Below are positions 28,701 through 41,951 of a DNA stretch of 64,000 nt, piece by piece. The stretch spans positions 13,518,001 to 13,582,000 of the forward strand of contig CM119371.1 in NCBI GenBank assembly GCA_051294905.1, in the 5' to 3' direction. How positions within the stretch are numbered: position 1 is the stretch's first letter; each line of letters starts with the position of its first letter. The notes beneath the pieces were generated by a model. The model saw nothing but the letters and a program-made list of their open reading frames with translations. It was not told the DNA's origin and searched no databases. Position numbers and translations under genes: made by a program. The stretch is from Botryllus schlosseri. Its lineage: Eukaryota.

Positions 28701-28791
28701 TACAAGCTACGCACAGTTATTGGCAGCTACCGGTAATTCGTTGCAAAATTTACGGAGATTTCCCAGTAAATCTACCAGATTTTTTACAGTG
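25756..28791. mobile_element. CACTA/EnSpm-like non-autonomous element
   Basis: TA|CACTGTAAAAA...TTTTTACAGTG|TA, with many TTAC/GTAA subterminal motifs. Confidence 0.65.
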
Positions 28792-29979
28792 TACCATTAC
28801 AAATATTTCAATTGAAGTGCATCACGAAATTAGAAATAAACGTGTCACATGACTTTGAAAAAGTACAAATGCTAATACAACTAAAACAGGGAAAAGCATG
28901 GAGCAATCATAAGTAATAATTTACATTGCATATTATAAAACGATGGATCATTTGCACCGCATCATGTTAAGAGCGCGAGCGCGTATTCGCAATAAACTTG
29001 GTTGCAGCAACAGTTTTCTTCTTGGTCTTTGTTTTGCCTGAAACATATACAACAATGTCAGCAAATCATTTGTAGAGCCACTCTGCTGACATAGCACATG
29101 AAATTTCTATTTCCTCATGCATTAATTGTGATATGTCTTGTGATCCGCTGCTTCTACTTGTGCTGAGTGATAATTTATGACGATACTACCATGTCTACTC
29201 GAGTGCGGGGAGTTTCTGATGTTGTGATACGGAGTATGCAACCCGTCAATCAAATTAAATTGTGGAAACACCTCAAGTACATACTTCAGTACTTTCCATA
29301 ACTTCTACTTTACCTAAAATAGTTTTGATAAGCCGTGTATATCGCTGCTTGAGTGCTTGAACCCGAGTAGAAATACATTGTGTTACTCTTACTTGTACTA
29401 GAATACTGACGCTACAAATATTTCTAATTGAGTGCTGAAAATGATTACTTTCCTTATCTCTGTTTAAAAGCATACAACTACGACATTCCTCAAGTCTCCA
29501 TATTTTGACCGTGTCGACACTTGAAAGTAGTTCGATGTCTTGTAAATCGCTATTTATATTATTTAGTACGGTACTAACGATGAATACTTTGACCACCTTC
29601 ATTTGGCACTTACCACCTACTACAACTAGGGCTTGCCACGAATCTGAATAGAGTAACGATAAGTCGAGACAGATGATCTTTTCGGGTACATAAATTGTAC
29701 TCAACAAGAATTAGAATTCCGATTCTATGTACCACTGCGAGGCCTAAAAACATCGATTGGTCATATCTCAGAACGCGGCACATGTAGGACGTAGCTACGC
29801 ACGATCGTGTGAATGACAAATGTATTGTCTCAAAGTACAATAAAATAGGAATTATCTTCAATCTAAAAAACATTCTTTGATGTGATGTAGAGCCGGCATT
29901 CATTTTCTTTGAAGTCGTATACGAGGTAGATATTTCAATTTTTCCTTGTTCATAATGTTGTCACATCATATATATAGAG

Positions 29980-30765
29980 CAGAGGCTTCAAATTCAAATG
30001 TGGTCGCAGGTCAATTTCAGGATTTTTGACGACGCAGCAAGATAGGGATATTCAATGTATAATTTCCATGTAGGCCTTATTTGACGGGAGCTTGCAGACA
30101 GGCATTCCACAAACATTTCGAGAATGTAATTTACCATTGTATTATTCACGTTTGACACGAAAAAAATCACAGTTTTGAATATTTCAATAAAATTATTTTT
30201 GTGCTGGGCATAATTTGTTAAAATAATGAGTTATAGAGATAATGCAATAGGATGCATCATGACATCGTCAAACTCTGGGTTATAATATTGCAGTTGGTGG
30301 ACCTTTGACGTGTCACAGTTTTATGTCGAGTATTTTAAAATCTACTGAAATTTGATCTGGTATCAGAGCATTTGAGCGGTGTAGCCTAAGCCGGGTTTTG
30401 ATATAGTCGTGATAAGTAGGCTGTTGCTACTGTCATTACCGAAGTCAAATTAATTCAGAATTAGCTGTTGCCTTCGATTATTATTAGAACATATCAATAA
30501 CAACTTTAGCCATAGTAATAGCATTGTTTCTTAGCCTTAGCGATCGCACCCTTCATGCTACCAATAAGATTTCTAGCAGCCCAAAATTTATTTTCAACAC
30601 AATTTCTGATGGTACCTATATTAAAATCAGATAGTCAATTCACATAAAATTGCGCAAAGCACGAGAACCACAGCATATAGGTCTAATCCCACGATGCATA
30701 TCGTACCCTCTGATGTGGTGCTTCGTACCACGAAAGAGTCTACGCGCCCTGGTTAAGAACCCCTG
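29980..30765 (-). mobile_element. composite hAT MITE, reverse copy of 40673-41508
   Basis: Begins CAGAGGCTTCAAATTCAAATG and ends GGTTAAGAACCCCTG; colinear reverse-complement homology to 40673-41508. Confidence 0.7.
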
Positions 30766-32695
30766 GGATAGAATAGAGCACAAAATCTTATTTTAGAATT
30801 TTTTACTTCATTTTGAAGTGCATCTTACAAGCCTGGTAAATGGCTAATTGTACAGCAGTAGAAATTCAAGGCGTTGCAACTATTTCAACTCCAGTGCAAA
30901 CAATAATTACTTTGACCACAAACTATGATTAAACGCTAAGAAGGCCTACGCAACACCTCAACCAAATCTACTTTTTAAAACTTATTATTTGTATACTTTC
31001 CAGAACTGCATTATCTACTTCCATTTCGAGTAGATCTAACGCAACTTCAAAGTTGTTACCTCTAGGTGTGTATAAATCCATAACATTACATCTACTTCAG
31101 TTCAAAAGATGATTACTTTCACAGCCTCTGGTTTCCATGAAGTGTATTCAATGTTTTATACCTTCTGACTTTTTCCTGAGGATGACGCAGCAACGATTTT
31201 ACAGCAACGCTTGTTCCATGTGGCAGTAGTTCTTGCGAACGTTTTCGGTTCCAGTCATAAAGACATTCTTTATACAGTGTTCTTGACGTTGTTGAACACT
31301 ATCAATTGATGACATTGCCGATCTAAATAATCAAAATTATTATAATGTTTGTAGTGAAGCCATTTGTCAAGAAGCCAAGCCAGGAATCTAGAATATCCTG
31401 TAAAAAAAACAAAGACAATGAAGTTCATGCTGGACCATTCCCACATTCTACTCACTGAAATGACTAATCAGTAGGGCTGAGCACATTGGTATGGTTACTC
31501 AAATCTCGAACGAGCATCAATTCTTATGATTCGAGCCAAGTATGTGACTATTTTCAAGACAGCCTACTGAAATTACACGCTCTATGCACCTTTAAGAATG
31601 CAGTTTATAATAAATTATAGTTCCACCCAGCACGTTTTAGCAGCCCGATTGCGAACCACCGTCAATAGTATATTTCCGCATCATTGATGGCATTTTTTTC
31701 AGGGTAGTAAATTGCTAATTAATGAACAATCATAAATCATCATATATAGTTCGTAACTTCAACTTACATAATTCAACATCTTGATCCATGAACAATGCAC
31801 CACTGCGGCGCCTTCCTCTGAAGTTTAGAACTATACATAACATTGCCTGTTCGATATCTAGTCTCCTGGTAGAAATGAAGTAACTTTGTATACACAAACA
31901 CAGATATGTCCCATCCATATATAGTAAGAATCCATTGATAATAAGGTTGAGATTTCTTATCGACGGCAAGATGACCATGAGCAATCAGCCTTCCTCAGGG
32001 CCCATCCATAGCCTACTTTTTTAATACTGCTGCAATGTAGGCAATGTTTCCGTGTATATATACTAAAATCGAAAGTTATAATCAAGCAATAAAAGTATGC
32101 ACGGAGGCCGTGCCAACATTGCGGTAACATTGCCAACAACCCGTCTGCACCAGGCCATGAACATGTTAAGTTTATAGAGTTTATAATTGGTTTAGTGTTG
32201 GAGTATCCTTTGATTAGAGCGAGGTTAAAGATGGGCTAACAAACTAATATAATCTTGTTCCTAAAATACCCTAAATATAAACCAATATTGCCATAAATTC
32301 TTACATGTTCACTGAAAGCCTCAATTATTTTACTAACGCTATTATAGATGGTTATATACTGTTGTGGACACAAAAATACGAAAATGGATGGTAATGTGAT
32401 GCTACAATCTTCATGCATCCACAAATTCAGCAATCTCACATTCCATAAAGGAACATTCCACATTTCTATTAGCCTGTGACATAACATTTCAAAATTCAGC
32501 ATATACCGATATGTTATAAAATACCGGTACATTACTTTATGCGGCCTCTGGTTTGCTGATTGGGTCCTGCAGTCCTAGGAAATCCTTGTAAAACTTTTCA
32601 CAGGATGCACATGAAATGTCAAGTTATTGCTTGTGAGACATTATGCAACAGAGCACGATAAATCAGACTACTATGATCAATACATTAGCCTATCA

Positions 32696-33164
32696 TAGGC
32701 TTACCATACGTCCTCTTTTAAGAGGATTTGTCCTCTTTTTTTGACTTTTTTGAGAGTGTCCTCGGAGGACGCCCTTTTGTCCTCTTTTTTGAGATTTTGT
32801 TCTCTTTTTTGAAAATTTAGGTCAGATATAGAGGAAATTGCGAGTGATATGCCGCAAATTAGCGCAGAAGTGAAGCTCCGGCGGGTATTTCGGAGGAAAA
32901 AGCGGTGATTTCAGCTCTGAGCGAAATGAAGACCTTTTTTTTTTTTTTTTTTTTTTTTAGTCATCCACCTAGCAATGTGGAGTTAAAAACGTGTTTTTGA
33001 GCTCTGAGCAGAAGTGAAGACCTTTTTTTTTTTTTTTTTATTTTAGTCAACCGATCACAAAGTGGGAAAAATTAACCGTTTTTGAGAATTTCACTCCGGT
33101 TTTGCATGTTGCAAATTTCTGAAAAAGTGTCCTCTTTTTTGATTTCCAAAATATGGTAAGCCTA
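32696..33164. mobile_element. hAT MITE (young)
   Basis: TIRs TAGGCTTACCATA / TATGGTAAGCCTA; perfect TSD GCCTATCA; GTCCTCTTTT repeats. A related copy lies at ~48132-48506. Confidence 0.9.
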
Positions 33165-36100
33165 GCCTATCATATATAGTATCAAATGTACTACAAGAAT
33201 TATCGGCTTGCATGAGTTACCGATTAGCAGCGGGTCGATCAATTTCGTCTGTAGGTGATATTACAGCCGTGTCACTATAATCATATAGTCGAATTCATTA
33301 TATCGCATCAGCAGTTCATGATGATCGAGACTGTTGCTGTTTATTAAATATAGCACTCAAATACCAAGCTTCCTGCCCTTCCGGTACTCATGATAGAGAC
33401 ATCTCACAATCCACGCTGTTAACGTTTCCCATTATGAACTAAACCATTACTGTGATAAATTCGTCCCTCCGCCATTGCTACATACACTGATCAAATTGAA
33501 TTACAACGCGCATGCGCGATGCTCGCCAAATAGAAGAAGGCAGGCTTCTGGTTTTATGGTTGGATGAATTTCAAGCAACAGGCGTGTTCGAGTCCATTAT
33601 CGAAATGGCCGAGAGGATTGCTTACTGCGTTGTTCCGTGATTGGAATAGTATCATAACAATCCCATCATGACGATTATCAAGTTCTGATGTCGGAAGATT
33701 TAACATGCATTACGAGTATTTGCCCCTGATGTGGGCATTTTCGACCCAGTAATGTCACAATAAAATAAGCTACTGTGTCTCTGTATCGCACATTACATCG
33801 AGCCTCTTTAGCACTGTGCGACCGCAATGATCGATAGCCGGGCATGTGAAGTTCCACGCGATGGGAAAGTCATCACTATATCACCATTCACGGCTTCACT
33901 CCACTAGATTTCACTTATATCATAAGTGCATTCAACACAGCTTATTTAGCATTGACTGCAGAATAATGCACATTTGAGTTCATAGAAACGATTTCCCAGT
34001 ATAAGGACATCCAAATCAACTCCGGTGTAGGTGGCATCCAGGCATCACACTATTATGACATCCACTGGAATGGTCATTGGTGACTGGCATAGGAGAACTC
34101 CAAAAGTTACTTCCTCTGGGGGTCACTTGGAGTTACATAATTGGACGTCAATTTGTGACTTACTGAGCAAGTCCTCAGTCACTAAAAGTGGGACGTGGGA
34201 CGATTGGGCACAATTGTGGACGTACATGTAAGTCCGTGGGAGATCGGGTGTTTGCTGGGCGGGCACTCTAGGCCGAGGTGGATGTTTGAGTAAAGGATCG
34301 CTACTGATGCGTGTCGGTAGACATCCTTCTATCTGTTCGTTGCATTGCATTGTGTCTTATCGCATTGTACATTGTATGTGTAGCTTGTTCATATGAAAAT
34401 TATAACCCAATGTATTGTATTGTATTGTAATAGGCCGGTTAGCACGGGGAAACACCTGTTTTAACAATGGATGCTGAGAGATTCTAACCAATGCTTCATA
34501 AAGTGTCCCGAGGCCTCTAAACACCTGCTAAACTGCTTAAAACTAACGAATTTTCGAAAAAATTACCAAAATATTTGTTTGGTACCAGTACGGTGCCGAA
34601 TTTTATATTTTTTTCATAAATTTCAGATCATAAGTAACATAATAAGTACACCTAAACTTCTATAGCAAAAACAATAAGTTCAGCAGGTAGAACAGTCTTA
34701 CTGCTTGTACTGAGCCAAGTTTGATCTGGATTGAAGGTCTTCTGATATCAAAATTTCCTGTCCCCGTGACATCATATTACCAAAAACTAGAAATGGGAGA
34801 AAATCAACTTTAAAGATTGAAAAATATTTTGGTGAAAAAGTAAAGCAGGTATTTGAAATTTATTGCTTGCAAATGGTGAAGGCATGCTTTATTCAGTATG
34901 TAGCCAAATTTGAAGACAGTTGTATGTGCCTAAATGCAAAATAAGTCGTATAAAGTACAAGTTTTTTGATGATTTTTTACTCCAAACTGCGAGACCAGAC
35001 TTAAAAAATTTGCAAACCTTGAACTAAACATCAGTTAGATGTTGTGAAAATGGAACAACATATCAAGTGTATTGTGACATTGTCAAATTACCCATTTCAG
35101 TTGGTATGAGTCAAGATACTACACACATATTCCCCCCTCGACATCTTTGAAACATACAATTTTAGCACCGATTTCATCATAACACTGCGACACTAATTTT
35201 AGTTGCATAACACTTATGCATAGCCTGTGCAGTTCCAATATCCTTTGCCGGATGAGTCACAGTCAGAGTCTGGCAATTCACAATTTGTAGTAGAACAACT
35301 GCGTCAAAACTGTAGAAATTGCGAGGAAAAACGATTCCGCCGATTCGATCCATCATTATCAGATGTTGAAGGCGGTGAAAGCTCCAACATATTTCAAAAG
35401 ATTTCTTCGATTATTCATTTCAGGAACCACTGGTCCTTGTCAACCATGGTTTTATCTTTCCGTGTGCTAAATGACTTCGCAGTGTATGTCTTTGTCCTAA
35501 TCGTCACTTAAGCGATTAGCTAATAGCTATCAACAATATACCACTGCGATCTTGAAAAATATGCAATACGATAAACAACGCTCATATTATCAACAGCTTT
35601 CAGCTCTTCCCAGGTGAGGGATCGGCTGCTGGGCGGCTGAATGTTTTGAAAATCACGCTTCATCGATTAAACATATGGCTCTTCTATTTATTGTATAAAA
35701 TCAGCATGGCAATTGTGCTTATAGATCATTTTGAGTAAATTTAAATGAATGAAAGTGTATGGGGGGGGGGGGTGTATTTCTACGAAAATGGGGGATTTGA
35801 AATCGTATTTTAACATACTTCTAATTCGAAATCTGACAAGAGCAATACATTTTTGAAAAAAACTAATTTCATACTTCAAGATTATGCAATAAAAAAAATT
35901 TGGAAAATTTTGTAATTCCATCCGCACCTTAGGGCCTTAAAACATGTTTCAAACAGTGTTTTAAAGAAATGCCGTTTAAAATAAACTTTTTTCAAACGTT
36001 GTATAATTATTTCATAATTGTGTAAATACTTCAGAAAAACATGTTGTATGATCCTACAGACGATTCACACCCAATATAGTTGACGTATACCCTTTTGGGT

Positions 36101-36472
36101 GGATGGGTCCTCAGAATCGTCGTCGGTTCAACAGTTGTAGCATGTAGATACTAGATATAGATCATTGGTACGGAATGTTTGTTCTGATGATGAAGACCGC
36201 CGACCGTACAAATGCTACATAACGATCTGGTCCTTGTTAAAGATATTTTTGGTCTGTTTATGACAGTGGTCGGAGGCCCTTTTCGTCGAGCCAGGCATAT
36301 TTACCCTAAATTTCATTTATCAAAGCCAATCCACTGTGTCGTCACAATGAAATATTCGTGTCGATATGAGTAAAAACAAACGAAAAAACAAACAACAAAA
36401 ACATGCTTTATACAAGTGCCATGTTTTAAACATGTTTGTTTTAAATTGACTTTTGTTTCAAATGCAACCCTA

Positions 36473-36746
36473 GGTACAATCCAACGAAAATCTAACTGCT
36501 AGAGCTAAGAACTTATTTCTGCATTTTAACAAATAATGTAGTCTATAAATACAGGTGCCTCAGCAATTTTTGATAATTGGTAGTTTTGATTGTGGGAAGA
36601 ATAACTCGACGTTTGAGGGACCGCAAAAACGCAGCATGTCTCTAGGTTTATTACAACATGCCTATCACACTTCGAAAAAATGTCGTCCTTGTTTCATCCC
36701 CTAACTAAAGCCTGCATCAGAACAAGAAACTGCCATGAATTCTGCC
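36473..36746 (+). mobile_element. old Penelope-like element, piece 2: GIY-YIG N-terminal half
   Basis: Degenerate NNVVYKYRC...VGRITRRLRDRK..QHV...AMNSA. It continues in 50968-51170 after removing the 36747-50967 insertion. Confidence 0.65.
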
Positions 36747-37743
36747 CAGGGCCGTAACAGCACTTCGTCAGCCCCCCCAAAACGTTCGTCTTGGGCCCCC
36801 ATAGGGTGATAAACCCCCAGATCCCCCTCAGCCTGTGCGCTGTTTTCCGCTACTTGTCCTCTACATTGGCTGTCCATTCACTGTGTCACCTTTTGTCGCC
36901 TAAACGCGCGAAGCGCGAGAAATTTATATAATTCGATGACTGACTTGGTCAATATCATCGGGAACTGCATATATATTGCTATTGATTTTTACTCTCTCTC
37001 TCTGCTCATGTAATCAGATATAACGGTAGAGCTGAGTGATGTGTGTTTGAAAAGGTAGGACCCCTCAATAATAATTGAACATCTCCGGGTGTATACCCGT
37101 TGCCAGGAACGAAACAGCACTTCGTCAGGCCCCCACCGCCCCAAACAAACTTGAGTCATGGGCTTCCATGAGGTGATAAACCGTCCCCCATCACGTTGTT
37201 CGGTTTTACCACGAAATTATAGTGGTGCCGTTTCGCGAGCCAGCGCGAGGCGCGAAAGTTTTCGCTAAGTCATGATAAATCGGTCAATAAGGTCGGGGAT
37301 TGCATATATATTGTTATGAATTCATTGTCCTATCTACTCATATTTACCTGGATAGCTGATTGAGGTGGATTCGAAACTGTAGAGTCCGTAAATAATAATT
37401 AAACATATTCGGGCGGGCGGACCCGTTGGTATGACTTCGTTACATGACGTTATTTCGTTACCTCCTGTCTGTTATATCAAAAAATATAGAATCGCGCGAA
37501 CGTAAGTATAGTAGGGGTTGGTCAAATTGGTAAGCACCAATCAAATTTCGCCACGTCGCCTTAATTGCCACGCTTCTATGACGCCCATTGCCACGTCACC
37601 CTAATTGCCACGCCTAGATGACGCCCATTGCCACGCCTAGATATTTTAATGTTTTGTGAATTTCAATACCGATTTTCCATGTGTATTTAGCAATATGTAT
37701 TGAATGACTTGCTTCCCAGAAATGAATAACATTCAGTATACGT

Positions 37744-39754
37744 CAGTGCTTTTTAACCTGTGTGACGGTTCGCACTCGTGCGAATGAAGAAAATTGCAGT
37801 GCGAATGACGAAGGTGGTGCGAATAGTGCCAATGAAAATCCGGATCAAGTGCGAATGACGAAGGTGGTGCGAATGGTGGGAATGAAAATCCGGATCAAGT
37901 GCGAATGAAAATCGTGGTTAATTGTTAACTTTTCTGACGTGAAATAATTCAAATAAACCTTATAGGAAATTTAAGGTCAGTGTACCTTCTGTAGTTGCGA
38001 CGAAATTGTATAACTTAATACGACCCACCACATATCGTAGCTCTCGCAAGCCGTAGTTAATTAATATTCCCGCACTATAATTATTACGTAACCAAACGCC
38101 AGGTTTGGAAGCTGGTTTAGTGGCAGTATAGAGATCTCTACAATCTCTATAGTGCCAGGCATACAATATATCAGCCCGTCTGAGCCTGCGACAGGCTGGA
38201 AAAATGACTTCAAATTGACTTTCTGTACTCTCTTTCGATAAACAATCATCATATTTTCGTAATAGCTGTTCGATAAGCGCGAGGCACGAGGATAGTAAAT
38301 ACCATCATTACACACTCACATTTGCAATTTACTGTAATGCAAATTTTTACCCCTTCAAAGGTTATCAAAGTATGAACCGCAAAGGGTATATTTTGGGTCG
38401 ACATGGTGCTATCTGTTAATATATATGTAATATTTATTGAATTTATTGCAAAAAATCCTGCGATAGTTTTTACATATTCAAAGTCACTGTGTTGGATACT
38501 GTAGCCAATAAGCGAGACACGCAGAAAATATAGCTTTGCTATGAGAATTCATGATATGATTTGTCCGATTGTTTTTTCTGGAAAACATGGTCGAAGACCG
38601 TTGGGATGAACTAATGTAGGGGTGAGCAACGAGCAAGCTCAGGCTTATGAATTTTATTCATTTCGAGGCTAACCCCTTCGGCGTCGGGGCACTTGAAGAC
38701 GTAAAGTTTTGGCGAACAATCCGCTGGTAAAAGGCGGAGCCAAAAACAAAAGCTGCGCAAAACCTCAGTCTAAAAATGACCGATGCTGGATGGCCGAACC
38801 TTTCGAAATGGATTGGATATGCTCCGTTGTCGGCACAGAATGGTCCCGTTCTTGCAATCTGAGTAGACAGTAGTACAACCGCGATACGCAGAGGAATTTA
38901 ATTCGCCCTAATTTTGAATCGCGTGCGTCATACATGTTTTGTAGAGTTGTCGTGGGTAGAATTGTGGTGTACGAGTTCTGTATGTCACACATGCCCCTAA
39001 AATCGTAGCACACAACTGTAATATCAAAAATTAATTCCTTTTCATGGGTGAGGCACGGGTCGCTAGATGCCACAAAAACTCAAATTTTGGTGGCCGTCTA
39101 AAAGCAACTTTACCGTTTTTTAACTGTTATGAATTCTCAAGTTAGATTTAGCTAATGAGTAAAACACACAGTATATCGTGAGTTATTTGCTCTTCTCATA
39201 AACTCGCGAGACAGAAGTTGGAGCAAAGTATCATAAGGTAGCGAGCTCTAATGTGCCTTGATCGTTTTGCACCATATGTTCCAAAGGCGGAAGGCAAAAG
39301 TCTCAACAGAAACATGTGGGTTTTCCATCCTTTCGACAAACTGGAGCCTCGCGGGATCTTTGTGTCAGCTCTCAAAAACGATTTCTGCCAGCAAGCATTT
39401 TTCACTCGCGAAAAATACGCTGTATGTTGGATAGGAGGGCAAAACAGATCATAAGACCTGGTCATCCAAGCACTAGTACACGTTCTTGTACAAATTCCCA
39501 ACAACATTGTTTGGCTGAGAAGGGTTTTAGTGAAATAGTTGAAAGCAAAACTAGCGAATAAAGTTGCCTTTTTAATGAGACACTTGATAGCGTAAGCTAT
39601 ATAGTAGTCAATTCACTACACATCTGAACAAAATGTTGTTAAGTAGGCCTATCTTCATCTTCTTTATTTATAACAATTTTCGATTAGTTTGTGCGAATGA
39701 AATTAATTGTACAAAAAAAGTGCGAATGGAGTTCAAAAAGATTGAAAAGCACTG
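37744..39754. mobile_element. hAT-like element with degenerate interior
   Basis: Ends CAGTGCTTTT / AAAAGCACTG; GTGCGAATG subterminal repeats at both ends, including a ~50-bp tandem pair at ~37800-37910. Confidence 0.6.
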
Positions 39755-39973
39755 CGTTAGATGATTAAATTCCGAGACTTTATAGTAACTTGCTTTCGAA
39801 AAATAAATATAATTCAGATGTTACATAAGTTCCGAAAACTATGCAAGGCTATATTCGCCAGATAATATTATTATGTGTATTTGGACTTTGTATTTTAGCG
39901 GATAACATGAGCTCTCAGATAATATTCATCAACGTTGAACTATAGCCGCGGTTTTATGATGATTACGTTAGAT

Positions 39974-41508
39974 CAGAGGTCTCAAACACGCGGCTCGCGG
40001 GCCACATGCGGCCCGCGAGAGCATTTTGTGCGGCCGCGACGGCATTTCGGAATTTCAAGTAATCAACAATATATTAAAGTGCCATATATCTTTTTTAGAT
40101 ATAAGAACTTAAAGTTCACGCAAAAACTACTATAAAAATCACTGAAATCCCAACAAACATCACTATCACATCACTTTTAAAAGCTACCATGCGGTAGAAG
40201 ATCAGCTATTACGTCACATTTCTAGTTCATGATGATAAAACATGACCCGTTGATGATTCGCGACTGAAAATTGTGATTTGGTTTGGCGCGACCTTCTCGT
40301 AAAATTATTTGATTTCGGATTGACTGGGTGATTAAATAAAAATGACTCGAGTTAAGTCGGGTCAAACGCTGAAATCGGAGAAGGACTTGCGACTCGGAAT
40401 GGTGACTTGGTAATCCTACGGACGCATCAATCTATGCAACTTTTATGGGGAATAGTAATATATCAAAAGGTCGTAGCTTGCGTTGCGTAGGGTATATAGA
40501 TATTTAATCAGGTCAGTATGGCAACCATGGGTATTCTGTTACCCCAGTGACGTATATAGTTGGTTACATGTTGTTTTTTCTCTTCATCCATGTTATTATC
40601 GGTGGCGAGTAAGGTAGTACGCTCTACAGCTGTAGCACCAACGAATTCTTCGCCGATTGAACATTTATATTCCAGGGGTTCTTAACCAGGGTCCGTAGAC
40701 CCCATCGGGGTACGAAGCACCATATCAGGGAGTAAGAGATGCATTGTAGAATTTGTAGGCCCATATGCTGTGGAATGTTTTCTTAGCCAATTTATTCAAC
40801 TGGAAAATAGTATTCGCGCTGCGCGCGATTTTGTGAATGGGCTTTCTGATTTAAATAGGTACCATCAGAAATTGTGTTGAAAATGGACAGGGGCTACGAG
40901 AAATCTGGAAAGATGGAAGCACAAGGGGTACGATCACTAAAAAGGTTAAGAAGCAATGCTATTACTATGGCTCAATAATGAGTGTTTTTAAGTTGTTATT
41001 GATATATCTAAGGCAAAATCTTACGCTTATATAATTTGTGTTTGGCAATGACAGTAACAATAGCCTATACTTACCACGACGATATCAAAACCATAGGATT
41101 ACAGGCTACACCGCTCGAATGCTCTGGTATCAGGTCAATCTTCAGTAGATTTTAAAATAGTCTACATAAAGTTGTTGCTCGTCATAGGTCCACTAGTTAC
41201 AATATTATAACCCGACAGTTTTACGATGTCATGATGCATCCTCTCACATGATGTCTATAACTCGTTGATTAAAAAAATTCTGCCCGGCACAAAAATAATT
41301 TTATTCAAATATTTGAAAATGTGATTTTTTCCGTGTCAGGCGTTAATAGTACAATAGTAAATTACACTTCCACGATGTTTGTGGAATGCCTGTCTGCAAG
41401 GTCCCGTCAAATAAGGCCAATAAATATCCCTATCATTGATGTTGCGGCCCGCGGCGTCATCAAAACTAGGAAATTGGCCCGCGAGCACATTTGAATTTGA
41501 GACCTCTG
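39974..41508. mobile_element. hAT/Charlie MITE with nested MITE
   Basis: TIRs CAGAGGTCTCAAA / TTTGAGACCTCTG; perfect TSD CGTTAGAT. A nested CAGGGGTTCTTAACC element starts at 40673. Confidence 0.85.
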
Positions 41509-41675
41509 CGTTAGATGATTAAATTCCGAAACATGATGATATATGAAAATTCTACGCCTCATCACTAATTAATTAATATAAAATGCGATTTTGAGCGCAG
41601 ACAGATCGCGGTATCAATTGCCGAGGTCTCCGCATTTCACGACCTAATATGAACGCGCACTACAACTGAATGGGG

Positions 41676-41951
41676 GTGGCGAGATAGCGCAGTGGTATAA
41701 TCCGCGGCTGCAACACCAATGGGTGCGGGTTCGAGTCCGACCGAGGTGCACTTCCGAATTCCGATACCTAAGTGTTGGAGGTTCACCTAGGTTCCTCCTC
41801 GCCACCTCATCCGCGTCAGCGGTGTCTTACAAAAGCCTAGAGGTCGGCCGTGCTATAAGTCGGCAGTTACGGAAACTGAGAAGAATATATTGGCCTGGTG
41901 TAAATGACCATAGTAGTCGACAAACACCATGAATACCCCTAAACAAACAAC
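41676..41951 (+). mobile_element. full-length tRNA-derived SINE
   Basis: A-box TAGCGCAGTGG, B-box GGTTCGAGTCC, AAAC tail, TSD CTGAATGGGG/CTGAATAGGG. Other copies at ~22145 and ~57230. Confidence 0.85.

Larger units (their letters stand above)
24811..35936. mobile_element. large TTAA-targeting DNA transposon (Kolobok-like termini), decayed
   Basis: TTAA|GGCCCTAAGGTGC...GCACCTTAGGGCC|TTAA with ~35-bp imperfect TIRs. The empty site is confirmed by the paralogous MITE at 12716. Confidence 0.8.
24764..36472. mobile_element. TAGGGTTGCA-family hAT MITE split by an 11.1-kb insertion
   Basis: 24764-24810 joined to 35941-36472 recreates the copy at 12716-13176; TSD GCTACAAC/GGTACAAT. Confidence 0.85.

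Noticed and set aside
29650..29707. piggyBac-like motif YVPEKIICLDLSLL
   Set aside because: Short, lacks the DES catalytic context and downstream similarity, and the host element's GG...CC ends are not piggyBac-like.
35227..35511. 94-aa ORF with CxxC as a KolX-like accessory gene
   Set aside because: Only one Cys pair and a non-ATG start; similarity cannot be supported by eye.
41676..41750. tRNA gene (also ~62640-62720 and ~800-880)
   Set aside because: A/B boxes are followed by repeated SINE bodies and tails; no convincing cloverleaf.
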